Positions 38,801-49,879 of a stretch of 64,000 bases of DNA are shown one piece after another. The notes beneath the pieces are model-generated. The model had not been told where the DNA came from and made no database searches. It was given only the letters and a program-made list of their open reading frames with translations. The position numbers and the translations under genes are program-made. Source of the DNA: Tubulanus polymorphus (Eukaryota > Animalia > Nemertea). The DNA is taken from contig NC_134025.1 in assembly GCF_964204645.1 (NCBI RefSeq), positions 13,144,001 to 13,208,000 of the forward strand, written 5' to 3'. Every line of letters begins with the position of its first letter. Position 1 is the stretch's first letter.

Positions 38801-41800
38801 AAAAAAGTTTTTCCACATCATAATTGATACTTAAGCATATTTTGCTACTATAATCAATTGGAAAGTTGTAGCTCATGACGTTCTATGATCGAGGTGAGTT
38901 TCAAGCTCATCGGTTTTTGTTTATGGCCACCAGGGGGCGTTGAAAAATACAATAACTTAGTATTTCTATATTACATTCGTACCTATGCATATTTTGCTAC
39001 CACAATCAATTGGAAAGTTGTAGCTCATGACATGGTCTATGATCTTGGTGAGTTTCAAGCTCATTGGTTTTTGTATATGGCCACCAGGGGGCGTTGAACA
39101 ATACAATAACTTCGTATTTCTATATTACATTCGTTCCTGCTGTCTGTGTTAACACACGATTTTACTATGTAAATGATATTGAGCAGGGAGTGTATATTGA
39201 TATAACCAACAGATTACATCATTTATAAAAAGCAAATCTGACAGGCTGGCCATTGTGCCCCTTGGGGCTCTTGTTATACTCCCCGCAATGGAAGTGTAGT
39301 CAGGTCATTCGTCATTGGATCTAAGATGGCCGACTGGCGGCCTTGTTTGTTTTCTTGGATGCTTGATACATGAAAGAGATAATGTCAGATAAACTTTTGA
39401 ATGAAGCAGATTTGATAATGAAAATGTGTTTCAGATATGCATTTGGTGGAATGCTAAGCTCCTGCGCAAAGTTTCAAGGTCACATGATATTCCATGTGGC
39501 CACCAGGGGGTGCTCAATACTTGAACAAGTGATGACTTCAGATAACCTCATGAACAAAACATATTTCATTATGTCTCCCTGGTGGGGATTGGGGCACATG
39601 AGATTTCCACCCTTATTGAAAATGCAGGTTATGGGCCATCAAATATGGCCACCAGGGCAGCCATCTTGAATTTCTAGTTTCTCGGTACAGCCTTTCGTTT
39701 TTGATGGATTTCCACAAAAATTAGTGACTTAGTTTTGGCAGGTAAGATGTGCACCCCTATCGAAAATTGAGGTCATTGCCCGTCATTGCCAGAGCAACCA
39801 TAATTTTCATGTTAGAACAATACAGCAGACATTTCTTGACTGATTTTCATCAAACTCAGTGTGAGGATTGGGGCAGATAAGATGTCCACCCCTATTCAAA
39901 ATATAGGTTATCAGTCATCAAATATGGTCGCCAGGACAGCCATCTTGAATTTCTTGTTAGTGCGATAAAGCCTATAATTCTTGATGGATTTTCATGAAAT
40001 TCAGTGAGTTGGTTTAGTAAGGTGAGATTAGGTAGGTCCCCTATTGAGAATGGAAACAACAGCCATCAAATATGGCCACCAGGATGGCCATTTTGAATTA
40101 TATTGTTAGCAGAATGGAACCTACAATTCTTGATGGATTTACATGAAACTTGTTTTGAGGATTGGGGCAGGTAAGATTTTTGCCTCATTTGAAAATGGAG
40201 GTCATCATGCGTCCAATATGGTCGCTAGGTAGACATCTTGATTTGCTTACTAGAATGATACAGCCTACTATTCCTTAAATGATTTACATGAATTTTGGTG
40301 TGATGATTGCGGCAGGTAAGATGTTCACCACTTTAGTAAATGGAGGTCATCAGCCCTCAAATATGGCCACCAGGGTAGCCATCTTGAATTTCTTGTTTAG
40401 CATGATTCAGCCTGGAATATCTGATGGATATCCATGAAACTTGATGTGAGAGTTAAGACAGATAATCTGTGGTTAATCTGAGGGTATTTGGGTTGGCAGT
40501 TATGTAAGATAGTTAATCCATGCCAGATTCTGGCCATAGCAACTAACCCCTGGGTGGCCAAGAACTGAGACTGTAACCTATTTTAGTTGTGTTAGTGAAG
40601 TACAGAATAAATATCATCACTCAGCATCAAGAAACCAACGTGTTCGGACTTGTGACTCAGGCTCCCGGTCTTGTCTCAGCCTTTAGCCGTCCCTGGTCAA
40701 CACTTATTGCAACCCACAACGCTGGTTTTATAAGTTACCACAATGAACTTCAAAATTACTCGTTACATGTATGTTGCATTGTAATTTGTTAATACATCTA
40801 CCTATTCCTCTTTTTTAAGGTTGATCCTCATTTTGCTTATGCATACAATCTACTTGGACACGAGTATGTACTTACTGAGGAATTGGACAAAGCTTTGTCG
40901 TGTTTTAGAAATGCAATTAGAGTTGACCCACGCCGTTACAATGCTTGGTAAGCAGATCGAAATGTGATCAGATTGTTTATGGTATTTTCTAGAGGTATAA
41001 AATGATGATAATTTTCATTCAAAGGTATGGTTTAGGAATGATTTACTATAAGCAGGAGAAATTTGCGTTGGCTGAAATGCATTTCCGAAAGGCACTATCT
41101 ATCAATCCACAAAGCTCAGTATTATTATGTCATATCGGTGTCGTACAGCACGCTCTGCAGAAGTCAGATGGTGCTCTTGCCACTCTGAACAAAGCCGTTG
41201 CCTTAGATCCTAAGAATCCGTTGTGCAAGTTCCATCGGGCTTCAATATTATTTGCAAATGATAAGCACAAAGTAAGTGGTTTACTTCGTTCCTGTTTTAT
41301 AATTTTTGAAAATTGCAACTTACTAGTCCTGCTTCTTAATTAGGTATTAATGTTCTATGCTGTATTTTTTATTGGGCGTATATTATACAAATTGAGGCTA
41401 TTTTTAGATTTCCATTTAGATTGTAATATTCGTGTAATATTCCTGCAATTTTCATTTTGGTATGGTTAAGCATTAATGTCAAAATTTATCTGTATGCAAT
41501 TGAATATGCACCTGGCAAATGGTCGGGTGCGTTGTCCTATGACCCACTATCTCCATTGGAAACCCTGTTACTTTTCATAAATTTCTGCAAAAATCAATAC
41601 CAGTAATCTTTTCCCTGATCAAGGTGCCAATGCTACCAGGCACATAGTTCACTAGTGAACAAAAGGCATTAAGTGTATTTCAACTAAAATCACTGATTTA
41701 ACTGAGCATATTTTGTTTTCAGGAAGCCTTAAAGGAACTTGAAGAGCTGAAAGTTATTGTACCTAAAGAATCATTAGTTTACTTTCTAATTGGCAAGGTA

Positions 41801-43232
41801 TTGAGAAAGCTGCTATCAAATAAGATGGAATATAATGTGTGAAATCAATACTCATTCGTGTTATATTACGTACATATATTGTTTCATAGGTTCACAAGAA
41901 ACTTGGCAATATGCACTTAGCTATGATGAATTTCTCATGGGCAATGGATCTCGATCCTAAAGGAGCCAACAATCAGATCAAAGAGGCAATAGACAAGCGA
42001 TATGTCACTGATGATGATGACGCTTATGATGTTTTTGGTCCTAGAGAGGATCTGGAAGGTGTGTAACATAATTACTGTGGCTATTTCCCTAGCATTAGCA
42101 GTCTATTCATGCTTTGGTTAAGGGAAGTCCATAGAATCAGGTATTTTCGCTCAGCTATAACTGAAATTCAGTGAAGCTGACGGTTTAGGTATAGCTCTTA
42201 TCATCTGTCAGGCTGTCAGTCAACAACTTTTACTTTAAATCACAACTATTCCTACAGTTATCGACGAATGACTGAAAAAAATTAGAGCCGTTTTTTTATT
42301 TGGCCCTCAGGGGGTTGCCCTAGGGGGTGGAGCCTATATTTCTATGAATCGATACTAGTACTACAGTTTTTATCAGATCAAGATGAAAGATTTTCAGATT
42401 TCACCCACATGTAAGGCCCATTCTTTTATGAATCACTACAAATCCGGCCCAGTTGGGACTTACGTTTTCCTTTTCATAGAAATTTGTGATGGGTATATTT
42501 TGGAGGTGGTCATTAACGTATTCGACAGGTTTTTGCATAAGTCAATAGTTATGCAATTAGCATAGAGTGGATTTGACTGGAATTTTTGTGTAATGATGCA
42601 ATTTTAAATTCACATGATTCTTATTTCACTCGAGTTTGCAAAATATATACCAATTTAATGAAAATCACTCATGTACTGTACACAAAGTACATGCTAATTT
42701 TTTCTACCCCTCTCCTAAAGTGTGTACCTTTTAGCAATTGTCAACAAAACGGGACACTGGTTTCTGTGTAGGTTTACAAGGGGGAATTGAATATTGAAAT
42801 AACATACTTAGGCTAAACAAAAATGATACCTTGTTTCTCCGCAGCGGCCGGGTCATTTTTGTAAAATATGATAAAATTTATAAACAGTTCATTTCTATAG
42901 CGGCCGGGTCTGTTATGGTTAAATTGATCATGATTTAAAAAAAAGTAATGTATAGGGTAGATAGGCGGCCGGCCGGGTCAACATTTAAGCCCAGCAGAGC
43001 GGAGAAACAAGGTATCAATTTTTTTTAGCCTTAGTTATAAAAAATTTCTACTATTTCTGTACTATTACATGTACTTATTATAAAAGCCATTATTTTCTCT
43101 TGTCTCTCCTATGTAGGAATCGACATTCAGGAAATTGATTCTCCCGGCGATGGTGAATCCAGTCATAATACATCATTAATGGACTCGGATGATGTGCAGT
43201 TACGTGCACTAGAAAGTGACGAAAGCTTGTGA
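11858..43232 (+). CDS. CDC27: Cell division cycle protein 27 (APC3), 18 coding exons, 2517 nt / 838 aa
   Basis: All introns are GT-AG and phases join without stops. MVIHEPVQAAIWHALNHYAY...TPR repeats...ALESDESL* matches the known CDC27 sequence. Confidence 0.97.
12113..12575. mobile_element. MITE with ~60-bp TIRs in CDC27 intron 1
   Basis: acgcagtggatattttaccgtatacggc...taccgtacat is inverted at 12516-12575. Flanks a(a/t)cagaa. It holds a tRNA-5'-like piece (12293-12329, minus strand) and degenerate TAACCC repeats. Confidence 0.8.
12643..14299. mobile_element. TA-flanked CTGTCTGTCAC MITE carrying a ~1.2-kb internal insert
   Basis: Ends ta|ctgtctgtcacac ... gtgtgacggacag|ta. Same family as 50555-51054. 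Confidence 0.75.
15900..16215 (-). mobile_element. 3' remnant of a CR1/L2-group LINE
   Basis: Minus strand reads RYHNTSSVSDMLHELKWETLQ...FFKII and ...PRSVPLWNSLP, degraded. Confidence 0.75.
16926..17001 (+). CDS. CDC27: CDC27 exon 2
   Basis: AAIWHALNHYAYADAIFLAERLYAE; ag/gt bounded. Confidence 0.97.
17747..17894 (+). CDS. CDC27: CDC27 exon 3
   Basis: GSDEALFLLATCYYRSGK...CCLDIN. Confidence 0.97.
18250..18375 (+). CDS. CDC27: CDC27 exon 4
   Basis: LSEAESVIVG...EFGEMSSYTLSLLGDIY. Confidence 0.95.
18640..19893. mobile_element. hAT-like non-autonomous element with 5-bp TSD
   Basis: cagggttc ... gaaccctg termini, subterminal cttgaa repeats, ccctg on both flanks. Confidence 0.7.
19894..20691 (-). 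mobile_element. BEL/Pao LTR retrotransposon 5' remnant: LTR, tRNA-His PBS and degraded gag
   Basis: TG...CA LTR at 20691-20564 with AATAAA. PBS TGGTGCCGTGACCAGGAT at 20560-20543. Gag reads PKLNLAKFDGNILTWQSF...KFGYL...NYLKALELHTTRYG (DUF1759-type). Confidence 0.85.
21986..22083 (+). CDS. CDC27: CDC27 exon 5
   Basis: RTDRFSKAAEHYKRSLKLNPFHWSSFESLCQI. Confidence 0.96.
22559..23365. mobile_element. MULE-like MITE with 8-bp TSD and nested insert
   Basis: cctagatg on both flanks; ggtaaaaatg ... catttttacc arms. Confidence 0.75.
22745..23072. mobile_element. hAT-like MITE with 6-bp TSD
   Basis: catagttcccacag ... ctgtgggaaccatg, with gtatta duplicated. It is absent from the paralogous host copy near 21040. 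Confidence 0.75.
24828..25558 (+). mobile_element. Helentron/HINE-like element, family A
   Basis: 5' tttaggccagccgtaggttgagccta and 3' caggctggccatagtgccccttggggctcttgtt (sub-TIR plus stem-loop, T-rich target). Related pieces at ~26680-26880, 32030-32305, 32940-33620 and 35320-35870. Confidence 0.7.
25981..26135 (+). CDS. CDC27: CDC27 exon 6
   Basis: GEKPDPTKVF...PTDGAL. Confidence 0.92.
27268..27518 (+). CDS. CDC27: CDC27 exon 7
   Basis: DVTPI...GRSLLGGVASLSPLTP. Confidence 0.92.
28346..28475 (+). CDS. CDC27: CDC27 exon 8
   Basis: SFGVLPFSLDTP...KAPIKK. Confidence 0.92.
28817..28920 (+). CDS. CDC27: CDC27 exon 9
   Basis: PMTRRSQ...PVFSQSGN...TPSPQA. Confidence 0.9.
29032..29294 (+). CDS. 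CDC27: CDC27 exon 10
   Basis: VRRSSRLYSSANSVKENNK...QKQSA. Confidence 0.94.
29566..32007 (+). mobile_element. Helentron/HINE-like element, family B, nested in a family-A copy
   Basis: 5' tattagggttttctg-ttacatca-cagaaaacccta hairpin. 3' cagaaaaccc followed by stem-loop gctgctttgcagc. Family-A sequence resumes on both sides. Confidence 0.6.
30990..31525. repeat. Degenerate array of ttcgttcgaacaa / gatcgaaca short repeats
   Basis: Motif recurs at ~20-60 bp spacing, probably TE subterminal repeats. Confidence 0.75.
32517..32689 (+). CDS. CDC27: CDC27 exon 11
   Basis: GLMALLRDIGKAYL...HYNTGWVLCHIGRAFFE. Confidence 0.97.
34240..34392 (+). CDS. CDC27: CDC27 exon 12
   Basis: AEKLFSEVR...GMEIYSTTLW...DKESPE. 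Confidence 0.97.
36454..36534 (+). CDS. CDC27: CDC27 exon 13
   Basis: AWCATGNCFSLQKEHDTAIKFFHRAIQ. Confidence 0.97.
36879..39274 (+). mobile_element. Long Helentron/HINE-like family-A copy with 154-bp internal tandem repeats
   Basis: Same 5' and 3' ends as 24828-25558. Repeat unit gcatattttgctac...tggccaccagggggcgttgaa at 38835-39135. Confidence 0.75.
39380..40460. repeat. Degenerate ~145-150-bp tandem repeat (about 7 units)
   Basis: Recurring aaatatggccaccagg...gccatcttgaattt and ggcaggtaagatg at ~39645, 39923, 40072, 40218 and 40363. Confidence 0.75.
40820..40947 (+). CDS. CDC27: CDC27 exon 14
   Basis: VDPHFAYAYNLLGHEYV...VDPRRYNA. Confidence 0.97.
41025..41271 (+). CDS. CDC27: CDC27 exon 15
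   Basis: YGLGMIYYKQEKF...NPLCKFHRASILFANDKHK. Confidence 0.97.
41723..41797 (+). CDS. CDC27: CDC27 exon 16
   Basis: EALKELEELKVIVPKESLVYFLIGK. Confidence 0.97.
41890..42058 (+). CDS. CDC27: CDC27 exon 17
   Basis: VHKKLGNMHLAMMNFSWAMDLDPKGANNQIKEAIDKRY. Confidence 0.96.
42811..43030. mobile_element. PIF/Harbinger-like MITE
   Basis: ggctaaa...gataccttgtttctccgc TIR pair with TTA duplication. Confidence 0.85.
43117..43232 (+). CDS. CDC27: CDC27 exon 18 (last coding exon)
   Basis: ...MDSDDVQLRALESDESL*, similar to the human end QLHAAESDEF. Confidence 0.93.
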
Positions 43233-43410
43233 AAAATATGAACTTCTGCTGGTGCTATATTTAAGTACATACTACCATGCGCATGTGTTTGCCATCCTTG
43301 TTTATGAGTGGTTGTGATATAGCAGCAACTGATCATTTAGTTGCTTTTCATCAAAAAGCATCATAAATATGAACTCTTGGTTCATCAGCGTTTGTTATCC
43401 ATATGTTTGC

Positions 43411-43416
43411 AATAAA
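43411..43416 (+). terminator. Candidate CDC27 polyadenylation signal
   Basis: AATAAA ~180 nt after the stop codon. Confidence 0.4.
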
Positions 43417-44424
43417 CAAAATTATTCAATCATTCTATCAGACAAGGAAGGAGATGATTACTTATGAGTTACACGTATGAAACTTCAAAGTGTACACCAA
43501 TATGATCCAACAATCTTTTTATCCTTGCAAGTAGCGGACTTGGATCTGCACTGAAATTTCATGGTTATTTCTGAATGAGGTACATCAGTTCAACTGAGAA
43601 TTTTGGATCGGGTTTTGGATTTGGTGCTATTGATAACTTCACTTTCAATACAGACAACAAGAGAGTCTAAATCATTTTAAGCTTAGGCTTCTTTAAACCT
43701 AAAACTTTCTGAAACAGAATTTTCTTTCAAGAAAACATTTGATTTCCTAGTTGACTCTGCGTATATCACCATTCAGCCAGCTAATTCTTTATGATTTTGA
43801 ATCAATTCTCGAGTATGAACTTGGAAGATGTATGTTTTTATATTGTGTGAGAAACATTTTAAATGGACCAATTGTTATCCTCTTTTTCAACCTTTCGAAT
43901 GATGACTGTTATATTGACAACATTTAAATCAATGTAACGCGAGAGAATATTGTGTAGTGCGCTTCAGTCAAAATGCTACGTGTTTATGTATGTATGTAGG
44001 TAAGTTGTAATGTTGTTTTACTTAAGTGTTAGCACACTGAAAGATCATACCCTCTGACTAGTAATACCATTTGACACGTTTAACATCTTACCATCATACA
44101 TATAACGTACTAAATTCTCAGGGCTATTTATTTTTAGAAAAACTCATCATTCAGGGAAATCATGTGACGTATAACGATCGTAATCAGATATAGAATGCAA
44201 GGGTATGTTCCACAGTCACTTTGTGTTTTTAAGGCCAGGCTAACTGCGCTCATTCTGATACACTTTACCAGAACCAAGTTTTGATATTAGTATTTATACC
44301 CATTTTTGCACTTGACTGGAACAAAATTGAATGAATAATTTTCCAATTTTTTCACCAAGGCTTCCACTATAAAGAATTTTTTGAATTTGTACTAAGTGCA
44401 AGTTGTTCAAAACAGCATTCACGC

Positions 44425-44752
44425 CATCCTCCCTCTGCAGGGATTCGAACCTGATGGCATCGATACACTCAGCCACGGCACGAACCCCTGCCACACTAGA
44501 ACGGGTGCGCAGGTACATGCGCAGCTTTGCCGCACGAAAACTTGCGGCACCAATCAGATTGCTCGTTGTATAATCACCGAGATAATTTTCAAGATAGAGT
44601 TATAATAGGGAAAACCCGTGCTGAAGTAAAACGGGATATCTGATTGGCTAATAATGACATCATCTAAGCTGCGCACTCATTCTCGTGCGGCAGAGTTTCG
44701 CACCGTGGCAATTTCGATGCCATCAGGTTCGAATCCCTGCCGGGGGAGGATG
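44425..44752. mobile_element. Fold-back MITE whose arms contain a Pol III B-box
   Basis: gcagggattcgaacctgatggcatcga ... tcgatgccatcaggttcgaatccctgc; the inverted arms extend ~130 bp. Confidence 0.75.
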
Positions 44753-45842
44753 CATTTGCGCAAGGAATTCAGTACAGTACTTAGTGTTAATACGGTTAAA
44801 TTACTAGAGGCCTATTTGCAGCATATTCATTATGGTACTGAAATCCTAGGCTTAGCCAGCACAGAAATTAATTCCTCAATGACAACCAAGCCAGCTACAG
44901 TACTTAGATAGACACATATTTTCTGCAATTTGGATGCAGATTCAGTGCTAAGCAAGTCGTGCATTGTAGTACCTGCATTCAACCAGGGGGATGTCAATCC
45001 TTGTTTATTAACACGCATTAGATTGTTTGACGATTTTCAACTACAACAGTCCACTTGGAACTTAAGTCCCAGCAGACTGTTGTGTTCACTTTTTGTCCAT
45101 CCGTCTGTAGACAGAATCCAGTCTTCAGAAATTTTGACGCATCAATGGCCTGTCTTGATCTTTGGTTTATAAATGTATATATACCCATCATCGTGAAAAC
45201 AAATTCGGTCAATTGGGCTCAAGATAGTTGTCCTGTGACCTTTTTTTCGCCCAAAAGTGCCATTTTGGTCTGAGGCTTGTAGCTTTTTAATGGTTTGGCA
45301 TTTATTATTGAAGTTCTTGAAGGACATATTTTGGGATGTGATCTTTAACATATCAGACTGGTTTTTCAATCAGTCAATTTTTACACAATTCGCGGCCATC
45401 TTCAGTTGCATCAGTCCTCATTCAGAGATGGAAAAAAGTTTTTTGAGGTCATAGGTTTCAAAAAATAGTCTCGATATCTCGATGTGTGGTACCTATCAAA
45501 AATACATAAAGAGGATGTATTTTTGTACCTATGCATGTTTTGTTTCCACAATCAATTGCAAAATTGTAGCTCATGACATCATCTATGAGATTGTGGTTAG
45601 TTTCGAGCTCATTGATTTCTGTATCTGTTCGCCAGGGCTGTTGAATATTGAAATTGTCAGATTTCGAGCATTTCACCAGTGGATATGGTGTCCCTAAACA
45701 CAAACAAAATAAGCCACCAAAGATTATATGGAATATAGGTAGTTTTCCATAGCATGATTTGGTGGTTCCCTGTAATTGATATATGATGATGAATGTATTT
45801 CACTCTAGTTTGCATGGACCTTATCTAGGGTTTAGTGTAGTA

Positions 45843-46086
45843 CAGATGAACCTCGTTAATATGATTGTGTTTAAAGATTTTTTGGTGGTTTATTTTGGTA
45901 CATAGTATTACTACCTTACCAGTCATTTTCTACTGTTAAATGACTGTTAAAAAAGAAACCCGTTTATTACGATGATTTCCAACATGTCAAAGTTAAGATA
46001 TTTATATCAATCCATGTTTGGATAATACAAAACCTGTTCAATAATTTCACTTAAGCCCACAAGATTCGTATTAACAGGTTCGACTG
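45843..46086. mobile_element. pogo/Tigger-like MITE
   Basis: ta|cagatgaacctcgttaata ... tattaacaggttcgactg|ta. Confidence 0.65.
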
Positions 46087-47384
46087 TATGCCGAATTGGC
46101 AATTCTAAGTAACTTCCTTTGAAGCTAATTTCTCTTTGAAACGACAGTAGAGCAGGTTAAGAATGAGTTGAAAATGTAAGAAAACTAAGAGAACACTTTC
46201 CAAGTCAGCAAACCGAATAACGAACGTAAGTGGGCTTACTAAGCGTCAAATCTGGTGTTAATGCCACTAAAAACTGGTAACACGTCACACTTCCATGATC
46301 GACACAGGTCAGCAGTTCAATAGAATTTGTGAGTTGTACAATCCTGTCTGCTTGTAGATTTGTGTGCTACATTGAGAATGGCAATTATGTACAGTAATTT
46401 ATACAGATATTGAGTTTTTTTTGTACATAAAAAGATGATAAAAAGAAATGTTGTATTTATCTATTATTATATACGTGTATCTGTAAATAATATAGCTGCG
46501 AGTCATAGGCATTTATGTAAGTGTAGTGAATATAATATTATGGTAATCTATGAAGTTCAAAAATATCTGCCACATTTATTAGTTTTAACATGTTTTTATT
46601 TGCGTTATAAAGTATAGGCCATGATAGCGAACATTATTTCCATAATCTTACAAAATCATTCATTCTTTTGGGGATTCGATAGAATGAAAATTGTCTTCTT
46701 ATTATTCCTCCAGGTTTTATGGTTTGGTCAGGTTAATGTTTCAGTAATACACTGTAACCCATTTAAAGAGTTGTAAACTAATTTATCAATGAAGTCAAAA
46801 ACCTAATCTGAATGTCTCGGTCTTAGACTCCAGTTTTGCTAGTTGAAAATAAATGTATGGCGGTTTTTGCTCACATTAAATTTGAAAAGTATAGTTTGAA
46901 TCGGACCTGACAACAACTACTATCTGACAGTAGTCTCCATTAAACAACTACCAAAATATCAAATATTAATTTGTCGTTTTAATTAAACTACCATTTTTGC
47001 TGTCAAATTATTGAATTTTGGTCATAGCTACGAGAGACATCGGGCAGTCTGGTCTGTTGAAATTGTATAAACTTAAGTCCAATAAAGGAAACAGTATCTT
47101 ATACAAATATTCTCAGTCTCATTATTATTGACCGGTATCAAAACGAGGATTATCGAGTGGGTTTGCGAAATCTAGCAACAGTAGTAGCAGATGCACTACA
47201 AGAAGTGACTAGATTTGATGAAACTGACGATGTACATGACATGAACAGGCTGGATTGGCTCTTGCGTCCTCGTTGTTTGGACATTGACAAAAGGTGGTTT
47301 AGATACAAATTATTAAGGAGTTGAGCTACATGTATACGAATCGGCAAAGCAAGCCTAAGGTACGGAAGCCCCTAGGTGGGAACA

Positions 47385-47700
47385 CACGAGATAATTTTTT
47401 CACAATTTCGACTTATTATGTCGAATTTCGATTTATTACCTCGAAATTTAACGTAATAAGTCGACATTCAACTTAGTTTTCGAATCTTTTCACAATTTCG
47501 ACTTATTATGTCGAATTTCGAGTTTTCATTTCATGTCGAATTTCGACTTATGAGTCGAATTTCGAGTTAATTATGTCGAATTTCGTATTATTTTCATGTA
47601 GACTTATTATCTCGAAATTCGCCAAAAATAACTCGAAATTCGACATAATTGAATCGAAATTCCACTTATTAAGTCGAGATTCGACTTAGGCCTATTATGC
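47385..47700. repeat. Array of ttcgacttatt/atgtcgaatttcg repeats in both orientations
   Basis: Directly visible; orientation flips near 47600. Confidence 0.75.
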
Positions 47701-49637
47701 ACCGGATATAGTGAAAAGGCCGACCTGCTAGTCGCGAACTTTGACATAACTCTAGTCATCACTTATAAATATCTTATAAACATTTTTGAGCTAGTTGAGT
47801 TCAGATCAGTACAGAACAGAACAGGATTAGAGATATACGCCGGAGTTCTGAAACCGACGTAGGCCGACCTGCGAGTCGTAAGCTCCGGATTAGCGAAAAG
47901 GGAGACCTGCGAGTCGCGAGCTTTGTGCACACCGTTTTAAAGTAGAAACTGGCAGGTACCGGAGCGCCTAGGGAAGTCTGTGTCGTTGCATGTCAAACAA
48001 TCGACGATGAATTTCATCTCATTATCTGCATCGAACACGACGATAGGACCAATGGAAAACCTCGATACTCATCATCCAAACCAATTGGAATGAGCTAGAC
48101 CGTTAAAACGGGCATAACGTTGTTACTTGTCGCCACGCCACCCGAAAACGTCTTTAAAAATGGCTTCAAGTTGCTCCGTCCCATAGTTGTGGAGCTACAT
48201 TAGAATCTAGAGGGTATAATAGCCGACGTGCCTCAGATCAGGCCTAGCTACTACCCCTGGATCCGCACCTGTCCTCGTCTTGTAAAATTGTGCCCTTTTC
48301 CCATTTTGGGGTTGATATATGACTACGTGCCCTTTTTATTCAGGGGAAAAAATAAAAGAGGGCACGATATTTTTCCGTTAGCACATCAACGAAGCTACCT
48401 TATGAATCCGCGCCTGTATCGTGCCCGTCTATAGTTTGGATGTAGAAGTGATTTGCAAATTTGTTTTCTTCATTTCCTTCAAACAACCAAAATTTTCAAT
48501 CCCCCACTTTTCTCTGCACTCCTTTCAAGATTCTATGTAGAAAATAATCGAATAATCAAAGAATAATTTTCTATTTTTCTACCGATGCTTTCGATTTTGT
48601 ATATTTCATTTTTTCCTTTCACCCTTGCAAATTTTCTTGAAAATTCTCTACTCCGAGCATTTGAAAAAGACCCTAACAAAGAGAAATCACCTGTCTCACG
48701 AGGTATCGGCTTCTCGCCAAGTTCTGGAGTGGTTGTTACTACTGATCTATGTCGCTTTACGATCCCCAGTGTACCCAACCAAGGTTCTCCCCATAATCGA
48801 CCTGTTCCCGGCTTTTCAACGTTTCAACCCGCATGCGATATCGGTTATCGTTCAATGATTAGAATGGCAAACCAGTCACTTGTTCTTGGTGAAGTTATCG
48901 AGCGTAAATTTTTTCCATCATAAGATTTTGCCATCGATCGCGACAAATTTTGTTCCTTGGAATATTGACATTTGTACAACAAGTATCACGGTATTGTTTC
49001 ACAATTATACATCTGATGGTACAGAAGTATACAACATTCCGGGCGTAATTTGTACAATTTCGTGACTGAAAACTCCAAAAAATCTATTTTAGGACCTCGT
49101 ATCGTCGATTGAGCGTTCTTGCGATCCATGAGAAGGATATTTTAATTTGCGGCGCTTCATTTTTTGGAGCACGGATTTCGCTTCCCAGAATTCTGAAAGT
49201 CCTCAAATATCTTCTAGTCCCCCTTCGTGTTTTCATCCTATTTTACTTTTTGTTATGCCCGTCTCGATTTTCAGTCCTAACTTAGTGACTTAAAAGTTAC
49301 CGTTCAGGCTTATAATTTCAATCTTGTGATTTGCAAAATTTAGTTATTTTTCATTTCTCCCACACATCATTTGGATCAAATTCATCACAATTATCACTAA
49401 TTATTTTCATTATTGCAGTCTTTCCAGTGTTTTATTTGGAAAGTATAGAAAAATTTATTCTTTATATCCCGTTCCCTCATGGGCCATATTGAATGAAAGG
49501 CCTGTTATCAAAAATTAGTTTTATCTCTCTATTTGTCCTCTCATTTCCTTTCTTAAAAAAAATTCGTGCTCCAAAGGTTTAATGTCCCGACACAATATTC
49601 TGTTGCCAATATTCCTTTCTAGACGTTGCCGCCTCCC

Positions 49638-49682
49638 CGGCAGGGATTCGAACCTGATGCCATCAGGTTCGAATCCCTGCCG
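49638..49682. promoter_or_regulatory. 45-bp perfect palindrome with two inverted B-boxes upstream of the receptor gene
   Basis: cggcagggattcgaacctgatg-c-catcaggttcgaatccctgccg. The structure is certain; regulatory function is inferred. Confidence 0.45.
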
Positions 49683-49879
49683 AGGGATGACATACGCGGC
49701 AATAAACTGTTGAATTGAAGCGTAATTCCGTACATTATGGGGCTCGACTCCAATTTCTACGAAATCGACTTGCGCGTGCGTATTAGCTAAACGGAAACAA
49801 AATGGCCGACGTAGCCAGCGACATTTTCTGGTGAAACTATCAGATTTTGGTGTTTTTATTCTGGAAAAACACTGTAAAA

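Noticed and set aside
38348-39097. 159-aa and 70-aa ORFs with similar peptides elsewhere (23853, 45055, 52180, 52854)
   Set aside because: The similarity comes from a non-coding dispersed repeat; frames are not conserved between copies.
44437-44745. GGTTCGAATCC motifs as tRNA genes (also 9578, 37368, 49666)
   Set aside because: B-box only; no cloverleaf can be built.
47385-47700. Regularly spaced short repeats resembling a CRISPR array (also 30990-31525)
   Set aside because: Eukaryotic context, degenerate units, no unique spacers and no cas genes.
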